Shown piece after piece: positions 24,978 to 36,405 of a stretch of 64,000 bases of DNA (position 1 is the first letter of the stretch; every line of letters begins with the position of its first letter). The translations under genes and the position numbers were made by a program. This stretch comes from Octopus sinensis (lineage: Eukaryota). Under the pieces are notes generated by a model. It did no database searches. It was not told the origin of the DNA and saw only the letters and a program-made list of their open reading frames with translations. The stretch is taken from NCBI RefSeq assembly GCF_006345805.1, contig NC_043002.1:48484001-48548000 (forward strand), in the 5' to 3' direction.

Positions 24978-25160
24978 ATACATATATATACATATATATA
25001 TATACATATATAGATATATATATATATATATATATATACATATTATATACAATATATATATATACATATATATATATAATATATATATATTATATTATAT
25101 ACATATATATATACATATATATATATATAATATATATATATAGATATATATATATATAAC
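24520..25160. repeat. Long compound (TA)n/(TACA)n microsatellite
   Basis: About 640 bp of alternating AT with CA/GA interruptions. Confidence 0.95.
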
Positions 25161-25270
25161 TGAGAATGTGTGTCTGTCTGTCTGTGTGTTTCCCTAAAAC
25201 TAGAGAACCACACAACCAATTTCATTCAAATTTTACACATGCCTTACTTAGGGTCCAAGGAGTATTATGA
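25158..25270 (+). mobile_element. 5' part of a Helitron/HINE-like non-autonomous element
   Basis: ATAACTGAGAATGTGTGTCTGTCTGTCTG...GAGAACCACACAACCAATTTCATTCAAATTTTACAC resembles non-autonomous Helitron 5' regions; 3' CTAG end not found. Confidence 0.45.
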
Positions 25271-25473
25271 ACTCGCTCTGGGCGCCATTGCGGCGACTGT
25301 ACACAGCTACCGGCCCACAGTCGACGCTATGGCGACCAGAGCTCGCTCTGGGCGCCATTGCGGAGACTGTATACAGCCACCGGCCCACAGTCGGCGCTAT
25401 GGCGACCAGAACTCGCTCTGGGCGCCATTGGGGCGACTGTACACAGCCACAGGTCCACAGTCAGCGCTATGGC
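25271..25473 (+). repeat. GC-rich 70-bp minisatellite, about 2.9 copies, each unit internally palindromic
   Basis: Units start at 25271, 25341 and 25411 ((A/G)CTCGCTCTGGGCGCCATTG...CTATGGCGACCAGA). Confidence 0.95.
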
Positions 25474-25495
25474 ATTGGCGTCACTGTTACAAATG

Positions 25496-25534
25496 GCTTG
25501 GCTTGGCTTGGCTTGGCTTGGCTTGGCTTGGCTT
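25496..25534 (+). repeat. (GCTTG)n pentanucleotide repeat
   Basis: Seven full units plus GCTT. Confidence 0.95.
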
Positions 25535-26384
25535 ATTAATTATATATAGAGACCTATAGCGCAAAGGCAACATAAAAAAAAACAGCCCTTCCTCAGTTGT
25601 TGGCAGTTTTACCTACTCCGCAACGCAACAAGATGCGTCTTCGTCAAAGCAATTGCTCCCCCAAAGCAAATTAAATAAAATTTGAGATACGTGGAACGTC
25701 AAAGCTGCTAACAGAAATAGGACAGTGAAAACGTTCGGTAAGGGCTGTTTAATCCTAACGAGGTGAAGTGGTCAACGCTGGAGAAAGAAAGCTTTGTCAA
25801 GAGACAGACAAGAATGCATGAACGAGAAGAAAAAGAATTACATTTAGAAATAGATCTATAATTATTGAGGACAGAATTTCTGTTAGAAATAGAGAACTAT
25901 AAATATTGAATTATGCATAAAGTGCTGACATACATTCGGGGCTTCCAATTTCTCTGTAAAATATAAGATAATCGCAAAATCATCGCACATGTCACCATCG
26001 ATTACATACACCGGTGGATGATAAAAGTTCCAGAGGACATTCTTGTTCTTTCGTTCGTACAAGGATCGTATTATGTTTCGGCTTAAAATAAATTATAGAT
26101 ACAAATATAATGTATAGAAATATATAAAAACCAGAATAGAAAATAAACGTCTTAGGCATATAAAATGAGATAACATGAGATATCAAGGTGTTATAAACTT
26201 GAAACCTAGTAGAATATCATAGATGATATACATATCAAGTCACTCAGTCAGTTCTGTCCAATTTTACCTTTTTTTAGATTTGAATGAAATTTAATAGTAT
26301 TTGCAAGTGTCTAATTCAATTAAAAATTATGTTTATGCATTTGTGTAAGTTTAAACTAATTAAATATTGTTTTACAAAATAATA

Positions 26385-26760
26385 GACGGTGTCCACAAAG
26401 TCTGCGTACATGGGGATTAACACAGACTTTTAAAACAAAACAATTTTATTTAATTATAATGTTAAATAATATTTTCAAAGTGATTTCCATCATTTTCAAT
26501 GAATAACTTGATGCGCCTTGCAACATTCAGGTGAACTTGATTAAATAAGTCTACATTGCCATCAATTTCAGCACACTGACTGGTAATGCGTTCTCTCATG
26601 TGTTTTAAATCTGTAATCTTTATTGAGTAAACTTTCTCTTTCAACATACTCCAGAAAAAGAAATCAAGGGGAGAAAGGTCTGGTGAACGAGGGGACCATT
26701 CCATATGACCCCTTCTTCCAATCTAGTGAGGAAAAGTGTCATTAAGCCAATCTCTAACAG
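26385..26760 (-). mobile_element. 3' fragment of a rosa-like Tc1/mariner element
   Basis: VRDWLNDTFPH*IGRRGHMEWSPRSPDLSPLDFFFWSMLKEKVY...IENDGNHFENII; TIR-like TA|GACGGTGTCCACAAAGTC at 26383-26402. Confidence 0.85.
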
Positions 26761-27060
26761 TTTGGTGGGGAGGAGTGGTGGAGGCGGTGGAAGGCTTGGA
26801 GGAGAGTGAAGAGGAAGTGGTGTGTGGGATGGTTGAAGTAATGGAAGTGTGAGAGTGAGGAGGAGAGGGAGTGGATCGGGGAGGAAATGGGGATGGGTGG
26901 GTATAGTGGCATCGGGTGGGACAGGATGAAATAGTGAGTGGAGTTTATGTTGTTTAGTTCGAGCGAAAAAGTCGTAGAAAAGGTGGTTTAAGTGGAGGAA
27001 GAAATGTAAGATGTAATGTTCAACGGATGGTCTGCAGCAGGAAAAAGAGGTGGAATAGAA
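26761..27060 (-). mobile_element. Possible Penelope-type low-complexity tail
   Basis: Purine/GT-rich tract compositionally like 18290-18790; no diagnostic motif. Confidence 0.25.
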
Positions 27061-27084
27061 CGAATGGTGGCATAAAGCTATATA

Positions 27085-28354
27085 TGTGATTTGATGAATA
27101 ATTCATGAGTGTTTTTTTTTTCTAACTTTAAAAATGCACACAGAAATAAAACGTACTAGCAAAATATTTTATGTTATTTAAAAGAGAAGTTTTTGCTCTA
27201 CAAGATAATGCTTTGATTTTTTAATTTTATTGATTTTTTGTATTTTCAGATCGTTAAAATGGAATGTCAAGTGGACAAAACTGAGCATTTATTTTCGACA
27301 CCATTTGCTTTTTGCACTTAATCGAGGTGTTAAGGCCGCCGATGCTGCTCGTGAGAATTATGCTGTGTATGGAGAGGAGCAATGCCTCAAAGTACCGCCT
27401 GACATTGATTTTCGAACTTCAAAAACAGGAATTCTGGCCTCAAGGATGGATCATACGCCGATCAACCAATTGAGTTCGATGAAGAGTGATTGAATCAACT
27501 TCTTCGTGAAAATCCATGTCAAACGGCCTGAGAATTAGCGGAGTAAATGGATCGAAATAAAAAAAACTGTGATGAACCACCTTCACTCAGTTGCCAAGGT
27601 TCAGAAACTCGGCGCTGGATGTCACATACTTTGAGCGAAAGCAACAAATATCAACACTCCACAATCGCCGCCAACTTGCTCGTTCAACATCACACAACAT
27701 ATGGTCGCAAACAGCATTGTCAATGGCGAAGAAAAATGGAGCCTTTACCGCAATATGATGCAGCAAAAAGTATGACTCAGCCCCGACAAACAAGCGACTC
27801 CGCTAACAAGACAAGACCTTCACCCTCGAAAGACTATGTTGTGTGTATGGTGGGACAGGGAAAGCATAATTCATTACGAACTGCTTGAATGCAACCAAAC
27901 ACTCACTGCGGAGCTCTACGTTCAACAACTGTACCGACTCAACGAAACAATTCAGCAAAAAAGACCGAATAGGCGAAATGGTGTTCTTCTGCAAGACGGC
28001 AACGCCCGTCCACATATTGCCAATATATCCAAAGCCGCGATTCAAGAACTCGACTGGGAATTACTTTCACCCTCCATACCGTCCAGTCTTGGCGCCGTCA
28101 GATTTTCATCTCTTTCGACCGCTTTCGAATGCTTTGCGTGGTGTATCGTTCAATAATGACGTGGAATTGGTGGCATGGTGGGACGTTTTCTTTGAGTCAA
28201 AACCGGGAGATTTCTATCGCCGAGGCATCGAAAAACTTATTGAACTGTGGGAAGTCGTAAACAGTAACGGAAAGTATAATATTGATTAATGTGTTGTAGT
28301 TTTTTGTTTAAAATAAATTTGAAGAAAACGCTCGTAAATCATTCTTCAACCCAA
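27085..28354 (+). mobile_element. Full-length decayed mariner (DD34D) element
   Basis: Transposase relic from ATG 27259 (MECQVDKTEH...), LQDGNARPH, HPPYRPVLAPSDFHLFRPLSNAL, FYRRGIEKLIELW. Diverged TIRs at about 27085-27115 and 28325-28354. Confidence 0.9.
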
Positions 28355-28511
28355 TGTGTGTGTATGTGTGTGTATGTGTGTGTGTGTAAATATACAGTTA
28401 TATACATACAACACATACATCCACCCATATACACACACTTGCACATACGCACACACTTGCACACACTCACACATACACACAAGCACAAACACACACAAAC
28501 TCATACATACT

Positions 28512-28735
28512 GATGGTAGACTCACATAGTCCGCGAAAGGCGATTCTGCAATTTCTTGTCGAACACATCGCACGAATGATATTTGCCTGAACAGTGTCAA
28601 GTAGACATAATCGTAGAGCAACGTGAGATGAAGTGTTTTGCTACAGAAAACAAGGCATCACCCGGTCCAGAAAATGAAGCCGCCATCTTGCGATCGTGGA
28701 GAGTTTAACAACCTAACCAATTGGCCATGCACCTT
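28512..28735 (-). mobile_element. SINE family C
   Basis: Minus strand begins AAGGTGCATGGCCAATTGGTTAGG (tRNA-like) and ends CAAGAAATTGCAGA...GAGTCTACC, homologous to 8737-8977. Confidence 0.7.
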
Positions 28736-28934
28736 CACACACGCAGCACGCACGCACACACACACACACATACACATATATATTTTTTTTTTTCCGAATT
28801 TGAGTAAATGTGTATAGAATGTGTGCACTTAAGAAAAGGATGTGGAACACATGGGGCTTTTCGAAAGTTAACCAAACGCGTCTTCAACATCAGAAATCTT
28901 AACTTCACAATGAACATTATAGTTTATAATGCTG

Positions 28935-29533
28935 TTGGTCTCAACCTTGCCATTTGACTGCAAAACCCGGACTCTGTATCGTTTTTTTTCACCAACAAAA
29001 GCTTTGCCCAATCATGAGTGTCAAATGGGAACACTATGTGACCAACAACAAAGCCCTCCAAACAGCCAACAGTCAAAGTATCGAATCACTGATCATTAAA
29101 CACCGTCATCGATGATCAGGACATGTAGCAAGAATGGAAGGGTTAAGGTTCCCATGCTAAGTCTTATTTAGTGAACTCACTTCGAGAAGAAGACCACAGA
29201 GAAGTCCTCTTCGAAGGTACAAGGACCAACGCAGAGCAGCACTAAAAGTCACTGGGATTGAGACCAAATCATTAGAAATACATGCCCGAGACCGTACCAA
29301 GTGCCGGCCTTTCATCACTGTCGGAACCAAAAGCTTCGAAGCCACCAGAAGAGAAAAGGAAGAAATCAAACGATGGGAGAGAAAAGCACGACAAAATCAA
29401 CCTCATCCTCCACCAACATTGCAATGCAATCAATGCCATCGACTCTACTAAGCAAAACTTGGTCTTCGGAGTCATCAAGGAAGTGTTCAGCAAAGAAAAT
29501 AAATACTCGGATACAAGATAAAGTCGACGACGA

Positions 29534-29535
<2 letters not shown>
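28935..29535 (+). mobile_element. 3' end of an RTE-clade LINE
   Basis: IMSVKWEHYVTNNKAL...SIESLIIKHRHR*SGHVARM...VLFSELTSRRRPQRSPLRRYKDQ...LQCNQCHRLY*AKLGLRSHQ (terminal C2H2-like finger), followed by a (GAC)n tail. Confidence 0.9.
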
Positions 29536-29573
<38 letters not shown>

Positions 29574-29849
29574 GGGTGGGCGGGTGTATTAAATCACACC
29601 CGTATATTGTATTCTTCATGTTCCTAATAAACAAATCTAGGTCGCTATCCACAGACCAAGCAGATCTAATTTATTCAACCTAATTCGCTGCTTCCGTAAA
29701 TTTAACTATATCAAAATGTAATGAAATTCTGATATGGTCTAAACACACCTTTATTTTCTTTTATTTTTTCTTTCGTTATATTTTTCTTTGCGCCTTCTTT
29801 ACTTCATCTTTCTTTTCTTCATTTTTCTCCAGTTTACTGAGAGTGTTGG

Positions 29850-30040
29850 CTTGACAGGATATGCCTTCATTTAATTGTTCTGGTTCTTCACGTTATGGGT
29901 TTAAATCCTATCGAGGTCAACCTTGTCTCTCATCGTCTCGGGATTGATAAAATAAAGAGTTAATCAAATACTGGACTTGTTGCTAAGTGCTAGTCCTGAA
30001 ACCTCTTAAACTACTGGTCTTGTGCCTAAAATAGAAACCA
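29850..30040 (+). mobile_element. Old SINE family A-like copy
   Basis: TTCACGTTATGGGTTTAAATCC...GAGGTCAACCTTG...TTGATAAAATAAAG...CTTGTGCCTAAAATAGAAACC. Confidence 0.55.
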
Positions 30041-30670
30041 CGCGCGCGCGCGTGTGTGTGTATGTGTCTGTGTGTGTGTGTGTGTGTGTGTCTGTGTCTG
30101 TGTCTGTGTGTGCATGTGTGCGTGTGAAGGTGCGAGAGAAAGTAATCAAAGAATTATATTCTTACATAACTTGATTCGATTAGGTACGCTATGAATTACT
30201 TACATTCTTCAATAGTAGATGCACAGTATCTTCAGGCAAGTTATGACAACTTGCCTAAATATCCTGCTTGCCTATATGTGAGACTCGGAGTAGCGAGAGA
30301 CTATTTCAGCCGAAATAAAGTGTTACTAAAGTGTTACAGTTAATACTAAACGGATATATAGATATAATTAAATATAAATAAAAAATACCTAGAGTTTTCG
30401 GTATAAAAACATATGTACCCACATACATGCATACATACATATACATACATGCATACATGCATACATACATACATACATGCACACATACATACATGCGTAC
30501 ATACATACGTACGTACGTGTGCGTGCACGTGCGTGCGTGTGTGCGCGCATGTGTAAATAATATACCACATACGAATTGTACATTAAGCATAAATTCAGTC
30601 ATGCAGTGAAAATGTAACCTGTTGAAGCGTCCTTGTTCCATCCAGAATAAATATATCTCCATTAAACATA

Positions 30671-31537
30671 CTAGCAAATCTACTCATCTACGATGAGGGG
30701 GGGAAGTCATAACAGCAGTATGTATTGAGAAATGTATAAATGGACTTGATAGATTACTGGGTGGTGTTTTAGAGAAATCACTTTATTGTTGGTGATGCAG
30801 CATTCTTTTGCAGCTATATGACATGTGTTTGCGACTAAGTGACATGTGATGACGATTCACTCCCGAACTGAAATAGGCTCCCAGCCTCTGTAACATGAAT
30901 GGTTATTTCGACCCCTCCTAACGAAAGCCAGAGCTTCCTTCGATCACTACATTAAAAAGTATTAAGAAAAAACGTTATTTAGATGTACTTTTATTTTAGT
31001 TGTTTACGCTATTCTACGCTTGTTTATACTCTTATAGATTCAAAGCTCACAAATTTCCTTATTTGAATTATTAATCATTCCTTTCAATAATATCAATATG
31101 ATTACAAAACTTCTTTGTAGACGATATTTTCAGTTTAGTCGACACTAATTTTCAAATTAATCATAGCGACGTTATAACTGGCTGTATGTAAACATTGGAA
31201 TGATTAAAAATACACCTACACGATCTAAAGCCTGGCCCTGTGCCTTGTTTGCTGTAAATACATGAACAGAATCGTTAGGGTTGCAAAAATTCAAACTAAG
31301 CCTTACCTGTCATTGTTCTATGCAATAATGTCTGGATGTTCTGGTTATTTTGAATGACAAAACAGATGTAAAGAACAGCCACTTCGATTAGCCGTTTCTT
31401 TGTCACATTTTTTTCGCTACAAGACCTTCCTAATGACCTCCTTTGCAATCCCGAAGATCCCGTGACATTTGATCCAGCCATTTGACTGTGAAAAAGGAAC
31501 TGACAGACAGACGGACATAACGCCAATTATAGAAAGA
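30671..31537 (-). mobile_element. Non-autonomous Helitron-like element
   Basis: Minus strand starts A|TCTTTCTATAATTGGCGTTATGTCCGTCTGTCTGTC (31537) and ends in hairpin CTCATC-GTA-GATGAG (30683-30697), an 8-nt spacer, then CTAG|T (30671). Pairing these two ends as one element is inferred. Confidence 0.55.
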
Positions 31538-31958
31538 TTATATATACTTTATGTTCACATATCTGCATATACGAGCGCACACACGCCTGCACACACGCGT
31601 GAGAGCACGCACACACAAACAAACATATATATCCTCACATATACACACATATATATAGAACTTTTTTTTTTCAATTTGGAAATTTTGTGCATCTAACATA
31701 TAAACACAGGCCATATAATAAAAGAACAAGTCACATAAAATTCACATATAACAAGAAGGGTAGGAAATCAATAACGCTACATCATGCAATTAGTTTTATA
31801 ATAGCTTTTATCTGGAGCATGTGTAACAATTAACAATTTCACAAATATTTTGTTTGCTTCACAAAATACTTTAATTTAAAAACGAATACATTTAATGGCG
31901 TATTTTAGCTGTGTTTATATAGAACATAATACAATACGATATATATATATATATACAC

Positions 31959-32036
<78 letters not shown>

Positions 32037-32201
32037 TATATATATATAATATATATATATATATTTATATACATATATATATATATACATATATATATAC
32101 ACATATACACATATATATACATACATATATACATATGTATATATATAGATATATATAGATAGATAGATACATACGTATACATATACACATGTGTATATGC
32201 G

Positions 32202-32232
<31 letters not shown>

Positions 32233-32958
32233 GTGCGCATGCGTGTTTGCGTGTGCATAATGCATATATGATGGTGAGAAGTTTACGTCATCAATTTCAG
32301 AAGCACGTGCTACTGAATTGTTTTTGCGGTGGGATTCTCTTTTATCAATAAGCTAAACTTTTTGTGTCACATTTTACGATTACGCAGTTTTCGTTTAATT
32401 TCTCTTTCGTTTGATAAACATTTTGAATTATAAAGCTTACAAAGTTATACAGAAACATGTCATAATTCGAAAATCGCAGAAACGTTCTATATGGAAATTG
32501 ATGGTACTATAGTTTCATGCAGACTTGCGATTAAAATGATTCTAAGCATCCTCTGCCTGCTACTACCTAAAATTCGATAAATAAGTGGTGTCCTATCACG
32601 CTCGCGCAAGCGCGTACACACGCATATACATACATACACAGACAAGACATACCTGTACATACAATTATATATTATTACAAGTCTTCTCATATTCTATTCA
32701 ACTTCTCAGTATCAAATCAACGAAGGAGTATGTCTGCTGTTGCTTACTGAGACAATAATAACAGCAAAATATTCTTAGAATCATAACCTATGGCTCGTGA
32801 ATGGGAACGAAAGGATTTGGACAAACTTAATGTATTTATTTTGTTTTGGGATTTGGTTTGCATGATTCTTTATGTGAGTTCGTGTGTTGAAGCATATTCT
32901 GTTGTGTCTGGGGGGAGTCATTCGCTTTTGGTGCCTTATATTTTAAAACAATTACCGG

Positions 32959-33109
32959 TAAGATTTCCACTTATTTCTTTCTTATTTTTCAAAAATTTTC
33001 CTTGCGTCTTGCAACCTTTTCAATAGTTTTGAGAGTCAAATCTATTGAAATGGTTGCAAGACGCAACAAAAATTTTAGAAAAATAAAAAAGAAATAAGTG
33101 GAAATCTTA
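32959..33109. repeat. Long inverted repeat (72-bp arms, 66/72 identical, 7-nt loop)
   Basis: 32959-33030 versus the reverse complement of 33038-33109; loop GAGAGTC. Confidence 0.9.
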
Positions 33110-33500
33110 GTGTATTTATTTATTTATTTAATTTATTGATCGAGCAAATTATAAAAAATCGAATACTTGATTAGTTAAATAGTCGACCAACTTACAAATA
33201 AAAGATAAATATTTGAAATAGGACTGGTGTGTTTTACTATTGGCACAGTGACACTCCCGCAATACAGAAAGATTAATCATACTGGCTCATTTTTTTCCGA
33301 GATTCTTAAAAGACTGGAGAGACATGGACTTTTTTTTTGTCAAATATCTGCTCGATCAGAGCTTCCCTACAGATAAACATCAACAATTAATTATCTTCTT
33401 CCTGTACTCGTTCAGTTCTATAACACACCGATGCATTTGTATAATCCTCTTTCCGTGTAACGCCACCCTGTCCATTTCTATTTCTTTCTCTCTCCCCCTT

Positions 33501-33547
<47 letters not shown>

Positions 33548-33745
33548 TACAAACAAACCTTCACTCATGTCGTCTCACAAACATTATTCACTGTTGAACG
33601 ATCACACCTGTGGTATTCCACGTTTTCTTTGTTTATCTCTGCTATTCTTGCTTTTTCTTGTTTCAACTTCTCTCACATTCATTGCACAAAGGAACACCCT
33701 TTTCCCCTCTCTTTCTCTCTCTCACTCACTCCTTCTCTATGTGTC

Positions 33746-33789
<44 letters not shown>

Positions 33790-35019
33790 CTCTCTCATCT
33801 CAAAATTTTCTACCATCAGTTTATACCATTCACTCCACAGTTAAGTTTTAGTTTGTTTTTTTTAAATAAATATTCATTAATAGATTGTTTTATAATTAAT
33901 TAGTCCGATATATCCAAATTCCTTTAAATCAGTTTCCTTAAGTTGAGACTTTACCTTGTGCATAGCATTTGCGACTTGTAAAATTTGTAACAACGGAGGA
34001 GAAGGAAGGCCAACAATTTTAGCGGGGGAACTCAGAACGTAATGAGTCAGAAGGTCAGTATTACGGATTTTAACAAAATCCTACACTGCAAGGATGGATA
34101 ACACCTTCAAAGAAAGATATATCCAGCATTTGTCTTCCTTCAGAGATAAAAACAAAAAACTTACATCTCTATCCAATATGGTATGGGCATTAAAAAAGAG
34201 AGAAAGCTCCATATAAACTGGAGCATAAGATTCAAGGCCACCAAAAACAGGAACAGCAAATGCAAGCTCTGCACCACCGAAAAACTAAATATTATAACAA
34301 CAATAGTTAACGTTTTAAACATTAGGAAGGAAACCTTCTGTCACTCTATGCACAAGCAACAATTCACACTTTGAAAATTCAAATACTACTTTCCACATAC
34401 ACACTGTACCACACCTCCAGCCTGGATAAGTTATTCTCTAGATATTGATTATATGTATTATATGAACATTATGCATGAAAGACACACGTCTCATTAAACT
34501 TAAATGTTTGCATTGCGCATATTCATGACATCACATGATTTACAGAAAAAATACATGCATACACATACTTATGAATTTACAACCCCATGGACCAAATTTG
34601 ACGTCAAAATCTGTGAAACTCCACAATTATGTGCACATACTCATAGACGAACAACACGCATAATGCAGGAGTGCATTATGTATATACATATGTGTATGTA
34701 TATGCATATGTGTGTGTTTGTGTGTGTGAGTGTATGTGTGTCTTTACAAGTGCGTGTGCACATATTTTGTATGGATTTCCATGTACCCACGACTGCTATA
34801 TTTATATATTTGGACGTGCACGAGCAGTTCATTGTGAATGCAATTCATTACAAAGATACCAGGACTAATTCAAGGAAAACAACAGTTATGATATTCCTAT
34901 AAGTTACCTCCTGTGATCTGTATATTCATTTGTTTGAAAATCCCTTACTGTCTCGTGTAGCTTCGTGTATTCTCATCCATGATGAAGACGAATTGCTGTC
35001 TGATTTCACTGAAGCGAAT

Positions 35020-35185
35020 TGCTGTCTGATCTCACTAATGTCTCATATCATTAAAGTATTCGAGAGGATGCCTTCTCTAGCTGCCTTCCTGAAGAAAAAT
35101 TAACTTCTTCAGCCCAACTAAAATGGTTTTCATTTTAGCAGAGACTGCCTAGCACAGCTCCTCTAACATTCTGATGGCATTCTAA
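35020..35185 (+). mobile_element. CR1/Jockey-group LINE reverse transcriptase fragment
   Basis: ISLMSHIIKVFER...LAAFLKKN*LLQPN*NGFHFSRDCLAQLL matches the RPISLTS..K..ER / Q.GFR..RSC..QL region of RT. Confidence 0.65.
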
Positions 35186-36286
35186 TTAAGAAAGCTATAC
35201 TCATACACAGACTAGGACCCCAAATTAACAACAGGATGGAGGTTGGTAATCAATATATTATTTAGCTACATCTGGATGCGTGTAGGTTCATTTTTGATAA
35301 TATGCTCATCCATTGTTTATAGCAAAAAAAAAAGATTAAAAAAATGAAGGGAAAAAAAGGAAGCAGCACGTGTAATACACAACTTAGAAGCAGCACTACA
35401 GATGTACCAGCACACACGAGATTGAGACATGGCCAACCTCACGCACTTCTCGTGAGGAATTCCGGAAGGAGCTTCGTGAGACCATTGCTGAGACGCTTCC
35501 GAAAGAAAAAGCCGTTGGAAAACCGATTATAGCGACTCCATCTAAAAATATCTATAGTAGGAATTTTATTCCGAAATATCATCAGACTGTGGATGTTTAA
35601 ATTACAACAGGTAATTCGTTGTATTATAGTGCATTGTTGTACCATTCAAAACTTTTTATTCTATATATATATATATATATACACAAATAGATATATGCTC
35701 ACACACATATTATATATATATGAATCATCTATTTATGTATGTATATATTCATTATGCATATTATGTGTGTGTATCATTGTATTTGTGTATGTCCTTTCCA
35801 ACCGTTTTTAAACTGTTATTGGCCTGTTCACGTCCTCGCAATATTAGTAGTTCAATACAGAACCAATATAATAAGCACCGAACATAAAAATAGGTACTGA
35901 GATCTATATGCTGACTAAACCGTAGAAAAAGTGCTTCGGCATGGCTGCAGTCCAACAACTGAAACAAGTATGTGATAAACGACAAAAGATATGTATGATT
36001 ATAGGATGAATTATATCGAATAATATAACTTGTGACAGAGGATATATCAGGGACATATATTAGAATGTACATATACGTGTATAGTCTTAGCATGGCAGTT
36101 GAATAGGCATGAAATTTATACTTCCAGATTATTTAATATTTACTGTGATTTGATATTATACGAGTTTTGTTGAACACTGATAGATTTTACACGAAAATAT
36201 TTTGTCGTCGTATTCAGAGGCATCTATTAGAAATACACACACGCACATACAAAGAGACACGCGCGCACGCGTACACAAAGACACGC

Positions 36287-36318
<32 letters not shown>

Positions 36319-36360
36319 TATATATTATATATATATATAATATATATATATATACATATA

Positions 36361-36405
36361 TTAGTAAGTGCCAAAGCACGAAACTCTTGGCCTTTGAGTC
36401 ACTCT
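36361..36405 (+). ncRNA. Second copy of the 17.35-kb hammerhead-like family, 5' side cut by (TA)n
   Basis: TTAGTAA-GTGC-CAAA-GCAC-GAAA-CTC-TTGGCCTTT-GAG-TC-ACTCT, with perfect stems II and III. Confidence 0.55.

Noticed and set aside
25271-25473. CRISPR-like appearance of the palindromic tandem array
   Set aside because: Units are contiguous near-identical 70-mers with no unique spacers, there are no cas genes, and the context is eukaryotic.
35560-35590. Minus-strand CTGATGA-TATT-TCGG-AATA hairpin
   Set aside because: Followed by AAAT instead of GAAA, with no stem I or III; likely chance.
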